Shown one piece after another: positions 9,144 to 18,415 of a stretch of 37,534 bases of DNA; within the stretch, counting starts at the first letter, position 1, and every line of letters begins with the position of its first letter. Origin of the DNA: Ferrimicrobium sp. UBA6820. GTDB taxonomy: Bacteria; Actinomycetota; Acidimicrobiia; Acidimicrobiales; RAAP-2. Both the position numbers and the translations under genes were made by a program. The notes beneath the pieces were generated by a model. It ran no database searches. It saw only the letters and a list, made by a program, of their open reading frames with translations, and had not been told where the DNA came from. The DNA is taken from NCBI GenBank assembly GCA_002452255.1, contig DKEO01000057.1:10081-47614 (forward strand), in the 5' to 3' direction.

Positions 9144-11843
9144 ATGCAGATCACGCCACCGCGCACGATGACCCAATGGTGGCGACGCCTGTCCCGGTCG
9201 GATCGTTGGGCGCTGGCCTTGATCGTCGGCGTGCCGCTGGTCGTCTTCACGGTGCCCGCGTTGTTGGGCTATCCCGCGATCGCCCAGGACAATCTGATCC
9301 AGAACTTCCCGTTGCGCGTGCTCGTGGGTCAGCAGATCGACAGTGGGCACCTGCCCTTGTTCAATCGGCTCGCCGACTCGGGCACGCCGTTGCTCGGGGG
9401 CATGAACGCGGGAGCGTTCTTTCCTCTGACCTGGCTGTTCGCGGTGTTGCCCGCCCTGCTCTCGTGGGTGCTCAACCTGATCGCGGTGTACGTCGCCGCA
9501 GCGCTGGGCGTCTTCGTCCTGTTGCGTTGGCACAAGCTCGGCTCGCTCGCGAGTTGCACCGCGGCGCTCGTCTACGCGTGGAGCGGCGCCATGATCGGCC
9601 AGATGGTGCACCTGGGCGTCGTCCAGGGTTACGCCCTGCTTCCCTGGGCGTTGCTCGCGATGCTCACGTTGGCTGACGCCCTTCGGCGAACGACTGAGGC
9701 GACGTGGAGGGTGCGTGTACGGGCACTAGCCCCGAGTGTGCTCGGCCTCACGGTGCTGTGGGGACTCGCTGACCTGACCGGTGAACCACGCGCGATTGCC
9801 GAGATGCAGTTGGTGGTGCTCATCGTGGTGCCCGTGGTGCTACTGGTGCGTACGGTCTGGCAACCGGTCAACTGGCGTGACCGGTTCGTCTACGTGGCGG
9901 GCGTCGCGCTCGCGGTGTTCTGGGGCGCGATCATCGGCCTCGGTCAGTTGCTGCCGGGCTTGTCCTTCATCGACCAGTCCCAGCGCACCGACCTCACCTA
10001 CCAGTGGTTCGGGGCCGGCTCGCTGTACGTGAAGTGGACCAGCCTGCTGTTCGTGCCCGACCTCTTCGGTGGCAATGGCTTGTTGCACCAACCGAGTTAC
10101 TTCGTCAACTACAACCTGCCCGAGGTGACCGGTTACGTGGGCGTACTCGCGCTCGTCGCGTTCTTCGCCTTCCTCACCCGAGCGACGAAGGGCGGCTGGC
10201 GTGGCGAGGATCGAGAGTGGACGCTCTACGTTGCCTTGATCGTCGTCGGTCTCTTGGCCACGTGGGGGAGTTACACGCCCCTCGGGCACCTTTTTCGGGC
10301 GATTCCGCTCTTTGGTAGTACGCGCTTGCAGAGTCGCAGTGTCATCCTGGTCGACCTCGGGCTCGTCGTGTTCCTGGGTTGGTTCATCCAGAAACTTGTG
10401 GACAGGGACTTCGCCGGCGCGGGTCTGAGCGCGCGACGCAAGTGGGTGACCCTCGCGCCCGCGATGGCGACCGCGCTGCTTTCCTTCTTCATGTTGTTCT
10501 TCGGCAACGACATCGTCCAGTGGATGACGAGTACGACGACGCCGGTGCGTCTGGCCAGTTACGAGCGGCCGACTTTGCTGATCCACCTGGTACTCGCGCT
10601 GGCGCTGCTCGCGGCCTTGACCTGGGGCGTGGGCCGTCGGAGCTTCGTGCGTGTGCTTTGCGTACTCGTCGCGCTCGACGTGCTCGCCTTCGCACTCTTT
10701 TGCAGTGAAGGGTTCCTGCCCGGTCGCGTGAACGTCGAACCTTCGCGCGCCTACGCGTTGTCGGTGATCGATCCGGTGGGTCGCAACGCGCTCGTCGACC
10801 CGTCGGGCGTGAGTCACTACACCTTCGAGAATCTCGGCGCGGCGAATCTGAACGTCTTCACCAAGCTGCCGAGCGTGCAAGGCTACGGATCATTGATCGA
10901 CGAACTCTACGGCAACGTCACCCAGACGCACCCGCTGTTCGGTCTAGACGGCTGTCAATTGGCCCGTGGCGTGTACCACCAGCTGCAACTGTCCACGGTC
11001 ATCGTGCCGATGGACAAGTTGACCACCCGGGTAGGGCCCCACCTGGTCCAGCCACCCCAGTGCGTGAAACCCCAGCCGGCGGACTCGATCGTGCGCTACT
11101 TCGGTGAGCTGTTGCCGGTGCGTTCGATCACCGTCCTGGGCTTGGCGGGTGAACTCGCCTCCACCAATCCCATGACGGCGCAACTCTTGGACGCGAAGGG
11201 CAAGCCCGAGGGCGCAACGATCACGATGCCCGAGAGTACGAGCGTGACCTTCGACTTCTCGAGCCAGCACGAAGACGCGGCGGGCGTGCGCGTCTCCTCG
11301 ATCAGCGGGGTCCTCACCGAGTCGGTCGCACTGAAAGAGGACGTCAAGCCAGAAGTCACCTACGACCTCAACACGCAGTTCCAGCAAGCCCTTTCGTCGC
11401 CGGCGTGGCGCAACGTGGGCACGGTTGGATCGCTCGCGTACTTTCGAGCGACGTCGGTGCGAGCGAGTGCGTGGTTGGGCACGCACGCGGCGACTTCGCG
11501 GATCAAGAAGATTGTGGACGCGACGTGGGGCGATTCGTGGATCACCGTCGCCGCCACGCACCCGACCGTGTTGAAGCGTTCCATGGAATGGATCCCGGGC
11601 TGGCACGCCACCGCGGTGAATCTTTCTTCGGGGCACGTGGTGACGTTGCACGTCGTGCGTTCGGGACTTATCCAACAGGTCATCGTCCCCCCGGGTACCT
11701 GGCGAGTCCACTTCCACTATCACGCGCCCTACATCGACATCGGTCTCACTGGTTCGGTGGGGGGCACATTGTTGTTGCTCGTCGCTTGGGGCTACGTGCG
11801 CGGTTGGGTGCCGCGCAGGCGAAAGAGTAGGGTGAACGGATGA
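9144..11843 (+). CDS. Large polytopic membrane protein, YfhO/GT-C-like putative glycosyltransferase
   Basis: Many TM segments; D..QNFP..GHLPLFN...SGTPL motif after TM1; C-terminal PGWHATAVN...VPPGTWRVHFHY before last TM, as in YfhO-type proteins. Confidence 0.7.
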   Translation: MQITPPRTMTQWWRRLSRSDRWALALIVGVPLVVFTVPALLGYPAIAQDNLIQNFPLRVLVGQQIDSGHLPLFNRLADSGTPLLGGMNAGAFFPLTWLFAVLPALLSWVLNLIAVYVAAALGVFVLLRWHKLGSLASCTAALVYAWSGAMIGQMVHLGVVQGYALLPWALLAMLTLADALRRTTEATWRVRVRALAPSVLGLTVLWGLADLTGEPRAIAEMQLVVLIVVPVVLLVRTVWQPVNWRDRFVYVAGVALAVFWGAIIGLGQLLPGLSFIDQSQRTDLTYQWFGAGSLYVKWTSLLFVPDLFGGNGLLHQPSYFVNYNLPEVTGYVGVLALVAFFAFLTRATKGGWRGEDREWTLYVALIVVGLLATWGSYTPLGHLFRAIPLFGSTRLQSRSVILVDLGLVVFLGWFIQKLVDRDFAGAGLSARRKWVTLAPAMATALLSFFMLFFGNDIVQWMTSTTTPVRLASYERPTLLIHLVLALALLAALTWGVGRRSFVRVLCVLVALDVLAFALFCSEGFLPGRVNVEPSRAYALSVIDPVGRNALVDPSGVSHYTFENLGAANLNVFTKLPSVQGYGSLIDELYGNVTQTHPLFGLDGCQLARGVYHQLQLSTVIVPMDKLTTRVGPHLVQPPQCVKPQPADSIVRYFGELLPVRSITVLGLAGELASTNPMTAQLLDAKGKPEGATITMPESTSVTFDFSSQHEDAAGVRVSSISGVLTESVALKEDVKPEVTYDLNTQFQQALSSPAWRNVGTVGSLAYFRATSVRASAWLGTHAATSRIKKIVDATWGDSWITVAATHPTVLKRSMEWIPGWHATAVNLSSGHVVTLHVVRSGLIQQVIVPPGTWRVHFHYHAPYIDIGLTGSVGGTLLLLVAWGYVRGWVPRRRKSRVNG

Positions 11844-12613
11844 AACGCTTGGTCATCGTCGGCGGCGCTGGCCGCATGGGTCAGGCCCTGGCGGCGGGAC
11901 TAGGCGCTCAGGCGGATTTCAAGGTCGTCACACTCATCGACGTGCGCGAACCCGCAGACCTGTATGGTGCCACCTACGCGAAGTCACTCAGCGACAACGA
12001 CGGTCTCGGCGTCGACGTCGTGGTGGACTTCTCGACGCCCGAGAGCGTGGTGGCGTCCGCGCACTGGTGCGCGGAGCACAAGGTGGGACTCGTCATCGGC
12101 ACGACGGGTCTTGGCGCCGAGCAGCGCAGTGCCGTCGACGAAGCGAGCACCAAGACCGGCGTGGTGATGGCTTCGAACTTCGCCCTCGGTGCGGTGCTCT
12201 CCGAGCGCTTCGCCGCGATGGCGGCACCCTACTTCGAGCGGGTGGAGATCATCGAGTTACACCACGATAAGAAAGTGGACGCTCCGTCGGGGACGTCGCT
12301 CGCCGCGGCACGCGCCATCAGTGACGCACGAAAGAAGGCGGGACTCGCCGCGTTGGTGGATCCCACGACCCGTGCGACCGCGGCGGGCTCGCGCGGCGCG
12401 GAAGTGGGCGAGGGGATCAAGGTGCACTCGGTACGCCTACCCGGTCTCGTCGCGCACCAGGAGATCCTCTTTGGCGGACCCGGCGAAGGGCTCACCATCC
12501 GACACGATTCATTCGACCGTACGAGCTTCATCCAGGGCGTGGCGATCGCCGTGCGCGCGGTCGACGCGAAGCCGAAGTTGACCATCGGCATTGATTCGTT
12601 CATTCCCTTCTGA
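11840..12613 (+). CDS. dapB: 4-hydroxy-tetrahydrodipicolinate reductase
   Basis: GGAGRMG, DFSTP, IGTTG, ELHHDKKVDAPSGT, VAHQEILFG. Confidence 0.98.
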   Translation: MKRLVIVGGAGRMGQALAAGLGAQADFKVVTLIDVREPADLYGATYAKSLSDNDGLGVDVVVDFSTPESVVASAHWCAEHKVGLVIGTTGLGAEQRSAVDEASTKTGVVMASNFALGAVLSERFAAMAAPYFERVEIIELHHDKKVDAPSGTSLAAARAISDARKKAGLAALVDPTTRATAAGSRGAEVGEGIKVHSVRLPGLVAHQEILFGGPGEGLTIRHDSFDRTSFIQGVAIAVRAVDAKPKLTIGIDSFIPF

Positions 12614-12664
12614 TTGATCCGCCCTAGGGGGAAAACAAGCGCAGATCGGTAGTAACTTCGTTCT

Positions 12665-13561
12665 ATGGGTTCGACGCGATTTGGCACGGTATTGACGGCC
12701 ATGGTGACGCCCTTCTCGCCCGACGGCGCCATCGACTTCGACGTGGCGAGCGCGCTGGCGAAGTTCCTCGTCGAACAAGGCTCCGACGGACTGGTGATCG
12801 CGGGATCGACGGGCGAAGGTTCCGCGCTGAGCGACGACGAGAAGTTGGACCTCTTCTCCTGCGTCGCCCACGCGGTCACGGTACCGGTGCTGGCCGGTTC
12901 GACTGACGCCAATACCGCCAAATCGGTGGCGCTGACCAAACGCGTGAAGGCGACTGGAGCCGCCGGGGTGCTGCTCACGACGCCGAACTATTCGCGCCCG
13001 AGCCAGCGCGGAATCGCCGCACATTTCGCCGCGATCGCTCAGTGCACGGCGCTGCCGGTCATGCTCTACGACATTCCTTCTCGCACTGGGCGCAAGGTGG
13101 CCAGTGACACGACAATCGATCTGGTTCGCAAGAATCCCAACATCGTCGCCTTGAAGGACGCGTCGGGCGACCTCGTGAGTGCCGCGCACACCAAAGCCGT
13201 GCTCGGCGAGGACCTCGATCTCTACAGCGGCGACGACAGCTTGCTCCTGCCGTTCCTCTCGATTGGCGCGGTGGGTATTGTCTCGGTCGCGGCGCACTGG
13301 GCCAGCCCAGAGTTCTCGGGTCTCGTGCGCGCCGTCGAAAAGGGTGACTGGCTCAAGGCCCAGGCCTACAACGAGCGTCTGGCCCCTAGTTGCGTCTTCG
13401 AGAGCACCGAGACGTACCCCAACCCGATGCCCACCAAGGCCGCCATGCGCTCGCTCGGCTTCGCCGTGGGCCAGTGCCGATTACCGCTCGGTGACGCTGA
13501 CGAGACCCTCGACCTCGCCGCGGCGGACGTGGTGACGTCACTTCGGGCCCAACGTGGCTAA
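12665..13561 (+). CDS. dapA: 4-hydroxy-tetrahydrodipicolinate synthase
   Basis: TAMVTPF, GSTGE, LYDIPSRTG, ALKDASG, YSGDD. Confidence 0.96.
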   Translation: MGSTRFGTVLTAMVTPFSPDGAIDFDVASALAKFLVEQGSDGLVIAGSTGEGSALSDDEKLDLFSCVAHAVTVPVLAGSTDANTAKSVALTKRVKATGAAGVLLTTPNYSRPSQRGIAAHFAAIAQCTALPVMLYDIPSRTGRKVASDTTIDLVRKNPNIVALKDASGDLVSAAHTKAVLGEDLDLYSGDDSLLLPFLSIGAVGIVSVAAHWASPEFSGLVRAVEKGDWLKAQAYNERLAPSCVFESTETYPNPMPTKAAMRSLGFAVGQCRLPLGDADETLDLAAADVVTSLRAQRG

Positions 13562-15215
13562 AGACAACATTCGTGTCACGTTCCTGGGCGGTCTGGGCGA
13601 GATTGGTCGAAACTGTCTCGCGCTCGAGCAAGACGGTCGCATCGTCGTGGTGGACGCGGGTCTCATGTTCCCCGAGCCGACGATGTACGGCGTCGACATC
13701 ATCCTGCCGGACTTTCGCTGGTTGATCGAACGTCGCGACCGTGTCGACGGCATCGTGCTCACCCACGGGCACGAGGACCACACCGGCGCGCTGCGCTATC
13801 TCGTCAAGGACGTCAACGTCCCGATCTACGGCTCCGCGCTGACCCTCGGCTTCGCCCGACATCGTCTCACTGAGGCCAAGGTCGCCAAGGACCTCGAGTT
13901 CATCGAAGTCCACGACCACGAAAGGCGAAAGATCGGACCCTTCGAAGTCGAGTTCATCCCCGTCACCCACTCGGTGCCGAGCGCACACGCGCTGGCGTTT
14001 CACACCAAGGTCGGCATCGTGGTGCATTCGGGCGACTTCAAACTCGATCTCACGCCCATCGACAATCGACGCACCGACGTGTCGCGACTCGCCGCCATTG
14101 GTGACGAGGGTGTGGCGTTGTTGCTCTGTGATTCGACGAACGCCGAAGAACCAGGTTTCACGGCCTCGGAGCGTTCCGTGGGTGGTGCGCTGCGCCGGCT
14201 CTTCCTCGAGCGGCCCGAGCGGCGAATGGTGGTGGCGTGCTTCGCCAGTCACATCCATCGCGTCCAGCAGATCATCAACGTGGCGCTCGAACAGAAGCGC
14301 AAGATCGTCCTCATGGGTCGCTCGATGGAAGCGAACGTGAAACTCGCGCGAAAGCTCAACTTGTTGCACGTGAACACCGCGGACCTGGTGGACGTCGAGA
14401 ACATCGACCGCTTCAGTCCGGGTGAGATCTGCGTCATCTGCACCGGTAGCCAGGGTGAACCGCTCGCCGCACTGTCCAAGCTCTCGCGCGGCGACGCACG
14501 CTTCATGAAGGTGGGACCCGACGACACGGTGATCCTCAGTTCGCACCCGATACCCGGCAACGAATGGTCGGTCGGACGTGTCATCGATGATCTTCATCGC
14601 GCGGGCACCGAGGTCATCCATTCGGGCAATGAGCCGGTGCACGCCTCGGGCCACGCTCGCCAGGGCGAGCTACGCACGTTCCATCAATTGGTGCGCCCCC
14701 GTAACTTCGTTCCGGTGCACGGGGAGTATCGACACATGGTCCATCACGCCGACCTGGCACTCACCATGGGACTCAAGAACAATCACGTGTTGATCTGCGA
14801 GGACGGCGACCAGGTCGAGGTGAGCGCCACGGGCATCCGTCGATCGGGTCAGGTTCCCGCGGGCTTCCACTACATCGACGGCAGTGCGGGCGACCTGGAC
14901 GAGCGTCCACTCGAGGAGCGTCGAATGCTCGCCGAGTACGGTCTGTTGCTCATCTCGGGCGGCATCGACAAGGATCGCGGGATCATCGTGGACGCCATCA
15001 AGGTCACCACACGCGGCTGGTTCGAGGGAGAGCACGACCAGACCCTGCTCGAGTTGGTGACGAGCAGCGTGCGAGAATCGCTCGACGTCGCCTTGCGAGA
15101 TGGCGAGCGCGATCCGGTGGCGCTCAACAAGGTCGCCCAGCGCACGGCGGGTCGCTTGCTCGGACAGAAGTACCGTCGCCAGCCCGTGTTGTTGGCCGCG
15201 CTCGCGGTGTTCTAG
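13554..15215 (+). CDS. rnj: Ribonuclease J
   Basis: GGLGEIGRN, THGHEDH, DSTNA, TGSQGEP, HASGHA, PVHGEYRH. Confidence 0.98.
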   Translation: MAKDNIRVTFLGGLGEIGRNCLALEQDGRIVVVDAGLMFPEPTMYGVDIILPDFRWLIERRDRVDGIVLTHGHEDHTGALRYLVKDVNVPIYGSALTLGFARHRLTEAKVAKDLEFIEVHDHERRKIGPFEVEFIPVTHSVPSAHALAFHTKVGIVVHSGDFKLDLTPIDNRRTDVSRLAAIGDEGVALLLCDSTNAEEPGFTASERSVGGALRRLFLERPERRMVVACFASHIHRVQQIINVALEQKRKIVLMGRSMEANVKLARKLNLLHVNTADLVDVENIDRFSPGEICVICTGSQGEPLAALSKLSRGDARFMKVGPDDTVILSSHPIPGNEWSVGRVIDDLHRAGTEVIHSGNEPVHASGHARQGELRTFHQLVRPRNFVPVHGEYRHMVHHADLALTMGLKNNHVLICEDGDQVEVSATGIRRSGQVPAGFHYIDGSAGDLDERPLEERRMLAEYGLLLISGGIDKDRGIIVDAIKVTTRGWFEGEHDQTLLELVTSSVRESLDVALRDGERDPVALNKVAQRTAGRLLGQKYRRQPVLLAALAVF

Positions 15216-15979
15216 AGGTCCTTCTCGGGCTCACCGTGTTCGGCGTTGTGGCGCCCGGCTCGCCAGAACGCCTTGTGACTCTGTTGCTCTTGGGCCATCC
15301 CTCGATCACTCAAGGCAACGCCGAGCGCGCGCACGACGTGGAACTCGCCGAACAGGTAGGCGTGACCCAGGCCCGCGGGCATCTCGAAGGCGGCGAGACC
15401 TCCGAGCAATCCCGCGGGATCGTCGTAGGCGCGACCGTTTCGTTCGACGAAGATGCCCGTGACGCCGAGGCCCTCGTCAAAGGGCGCGGTGAGCGCGTCG
15501 TTGATGTCGTCCACCTCGACGATGAAGATGGCCCGACCCGGGGTTTCGATGCTCTGGGCCATGCGGTAGAACGAGGCGAGGCCGCTGGTGTCGCCGACGA
15601 AGAGGTACCAGTCAGCGAGTGGGTCGAGGTTGATCTTGCCGCGCGGACCAATGAGGTCGACCTGGTCACCGGGTGTGGCCTCGCGCGCCCAATGGGCGCC
15701 GGCTCCTTCGTGGCTGGTGACGACCCAGAGCGTCACGAGACCTTGTGCTTCGTCGACCCATCGCACGCTGTAGCGGCGTCGAACGTACTTGCCCTTGGCG
15801 TCGACGAGGCGCACCATGACGTCATTGCCCGGCGCACCCGCGAGAGCTGGATCGCCGCGCAAGACCACTTCGCGCAGCGAGGCGCCAAGGGGCGACGAAG
15901 TGACGACCTCGAACAGCCGCGCCTGGGCGTTCAGGCGCTTCGCGAGTTCGATTGACGTGGCGTCGGGCGCGCTGAGCAC
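15212..15979 (-). CDS. Siderophore-interacting protein (FAD-binding, ViuB/YqjH-like)
   Basis: RRYSVR, GAGAHWA...PGD..GPRG, FVGDTSGL, LFGEF, KAFWR motifs; GTG start 6 nt after TAGTCT. Confidence 0.85.
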   Translation of the reverse strand: MLSAPDATSIELAKRLNAQARLFEVVTSSPLGASLREVVLRGDPALAGAPGNDVMVRLVDAKGKYVRRRYSVRWVDEAQGLVTLWVVTSHEGAGAHWAREATPGDQVDLIGPRGKINLDPLADWYLFVGDTSGLASFYRMAQSIETPGRAIFIVEVDDINDALTAPFDEGLGVTGIFVERNGRAYDDPAGLLGGLAAFEMPAGLGHAYLFGEFHVVRALGVALSDRGMAQEQQSHKAFWRAGRHNAEHGEPEKDL

Positions 15980-16009
15980 TGGACCAGACTAAGCGATTGG
16001 CACGTCTAA

Positions 16010-16023
16010 CGAACAAAGGTTCG
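16010..16023. promoter_or_regulatory. LexA (SOS) box CGAACAAAGGTTCG between divergent SIP gene and ftsK
   Basis: Exact CGAAC-N4-GTTCG match in a 60-bp intergenic gap, abutting TAAGTT at 16025-16030. Confidence 0.75.
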
Positions 16024-16039
16024 GTAAGTTGGATGGTAA

Positions 16040-18412
16040 ATGAGTCCTGCACCGCACCAAAAGAAATCGACCACCAAGTCCGCGTCTCGCTCGCCGGCGA
16101 GAAAGAACGCGCCCGCCGCAGCGCCCAGCCTGTGGCGTCGCCACGAGCGTGACCTGTGGATCGTGCTGCTCGTGGTCGCGGGTCTGTTCTGTCTGCTCGC
16201 CGACGCGCGGGCCCTGGGCCCGGTGGGTCACGTGGTACTCGACGCGTTCAAGTTGGTCCTAGGCGTGGGCCGGCTGGTGCTGCCCGTCCTCTTCATAGGT
16301 TCGGCGGTGGCGCTGCTGTGGAACAAGATCGAAGCCGACCGCAACCGGTTCCTCTGGGGGATCGCCCTCACGCTGGTGAGCGTGTGCGGTATTGGCCACC
16401 TCGCCGGAGGACGTCCGGGCCTGCACGCGGGGGTGAAGCTGCTCGGCCACGCGGGCGGGTGGCTCGGGGTCCTGGTCGGTGGTGGGCTCTATAAGACCAT
16501 TGGCTTGGGCGGCGCGATCGTCGTGCTGGTCGCCCTATTAATAGTCGCGATGATGGTGACCACGGGTTTCGGACTTCGCACTCTGGCGGGGGCGACCGCG
16601 AGGTTCCTTCGAACACTGGCCCACGTGTTCGCGCGTTGGTGGACCGCACGGCCCAAGGCGAAGGTCCAGCCCCAGGATGACACTGCGCCACCGTCGCGCG
16701 AAGAACGCCCACCCGACGCCGAACCGCCGCTCGGACTTGACTCGCAGTCGAGCGCGCCCGCCGCGTTGGATTCTGAGTACTACGAGGACGAGTACGACGA
16801 CGCCGAACAAGGATCGTCGCACTACGAGGGTGACTTCGTCGAACCGGTGCTCGCACCGAGCCCCGAACTGGCCCCCATCGCGCGACCAGCTTCGTTGGCG
16901 AGCGAATGGGTCCTGCCCCCCCTCAATCTGCTGCAGCGAACCAAGGAGCAACGACAAGACCGCGCGGCCATCGAGGCGTCGGGTGGCGAACTCGTCGAAG
17001 CGCTCGGCGCCCACGGGGTGGAGACGACACTCGTGGGCTACACGGTGGGACCCACCGTCACGCGTTACGAACTCGAACTGGGTCCCGGCGTCAAGGTGTC
17101 GAGACTGACGTCGCTCAACCGCGATATCGCCTACGCGATGGCGACGCCTGACGTACGCATCCTCGCGCCCATACCGGGACGATCGGCCATCGGCGTCGAG
17201 GTGCCCAACCGGCACCGGACCCTGGTCGCCCTGGGGGACCTGCTCTCGTCCGAAGAAGCGCTCGCCGCCGGGCACCCGCTCGACGTACCGATTGGGCGCG
17301 ACATCGCCGGACGCACGGTGGTGTTCAACCTCGGCGAAATGCCGCACGTACTGATCTCGGGTGCGACCGGGGCGGGTAAGAGCTCGTGCATCAATTCGCT
17401 CATCACGTCGCTGGTGATGCGCACCACGCCCGATCAGTTGCGCCTCTTGCTGGTCGACCCCAAGCGAGTCGAGATGGGACAGTACAACGACTTGCCGCAC
17501 CTACTCGCACCCGTGGTCGTCGATCCGAAGAAGGCGGCGAACATCTTGGGCTGGGCCGTCAAGGAGATGGAACGCCGTTACGACCTTCTCGCCCAGAGCG
17601 GCGCGCGCGACATCACGAGTTACCAGCAGATGATCGCGCGTGGCGAGATAGAGCACGCGCCGAGCACGCACGAGCTGGTGGCGAGCGCGATCGAGCGTTC
17701 GACCGGTCTCGAGTCCGAACTCGACGAGTTCGCCGGTCCCGAGCAGTTGCCCTACATCGTCATCGTCGTTGACGAGTTGAACGACCTGATGATGGTCGCC
17801 GCGCGCGACGTCGAGGAATCAGTGGTGCGCATCGCCCAGATGGCTCGTGCGGTGGGCATCCACCTGGTCCTCGCCACGCAGCGCCCGAGCGTAGACGTGA
17901 TCACCGGCGTCATCAAGGCGAACATCCCGAGTCGAATGGCCTTCGCGGTCTCGTCGCTCGCCGATAGCCGGGTCATCTTGGACCAGGCGGGCGCGGAGCG
18001 ACTCATCGGCAAGGGCGACATGCTGCTCGTCACGGCTTCGAGCAACATCGCGCGTCGTTTGCAGTCGCCCTGGGTCTCGGAGGAAGAGGTGCGCCGCGTG
18101 GTCGAGTTCTGGCGAGCCCAGGGTGGCCGCCAGGAGACCGTGGTGGCACTGGACGTGCCCGTGCACCACGCAGGTTCGGCGCACGTCGGCGACGACGACG
18201 ACGAGGTCCTACGCCAGGCGCGCGACCTGGTGATCAAGTACCAATCGGGTTCGACGTCGATGCTCCAGCGAAAGCTGCGAATCGGCTTCGCGAGGGCAGG
18301 GCGTATAATGGACCAACTCGAAGAGGAAGGCGTGGTCGCTGCTGGCGATGGTTCAAAGGCTCGTAAGGTGTTAAAGACGCCAGAAGAGTACGGCCAGCAG
18401 TCTTCTCTCTAA
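16040..18412 (+). CDS. ftsK: DNA translocase FtsK
   Basis: N-terminal TM domain; GPTVTRYEL, MPHVLISGATGAGKS, VVDELNDLMM, LATQRPSVDVITG; gamma domain SMLQRKLRIGFARAGR. Confidence 0.98.
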   Translation: MSPAPHQKKSTTKSASRSPARKNAPAAAPSLWRRHERDLWIVLLVVAGLFCLLADARALGPVGHVVLDAFKLVLGVGRLVLPVLFIGSAVALLWNKIEADRNRFLWGIALTLVSVCGIGHLAGGRPGLHAGVKLLGHAGGWLGVLVGGGLYKTIGLGGAIVVLVALLIVAMMVTTGFGLRTLAGATARFLRTLAHVFARWWTARPKAKVQPQDDTAPPSREERPPDAEPPLGLDSQSSAPAALDSEYYEDEYDDAEQGSSHYEGDFVEPVLAPSPELAPIARPASLASEWVLPPLNLLQRTKEQRQDRAAIEASGGELVEALGAHGVETTLVGYTVGPTVTRYELELGPGVKVSRLTSLNRDIAYAMATPDVRILAPIPGRSAIGVEVPNRHRTLVALGDLLSSEEALAAGHPLDVPIGRDIAGRTVVFNLGEMPHVLISGATGAGKSSCINSLITSLVMRTTPDQLRLLLVDPKRVEMGQYNDLPHLLAPVVVDPKKAANILGWAVKEMERRYDLLAQSGARDITSYQQMIARGEIEHAPSTHELVASAIERSTGLESELDEFAGPEQLPYIVIVVDELNDLMMVAARDVEESVVRIAQMARAVGIHLVLATQRPSVDVITGVIKANIPSRMAFAVSSLADSRVILDQAGAERLIGKGDMLLVTASSNIARRLQSPWVSEEEVRRVVEFWRAQGGRQETVVALDVPVHHAGSAHVGDDDDEVLRQARDLVIKYQSGSTSMLQRKLRIGFARAGRIMDQLEEEGVVAAGDGSKARKVLKTPEEYGQQSSL

Positions 18413-18415
18413 TCG

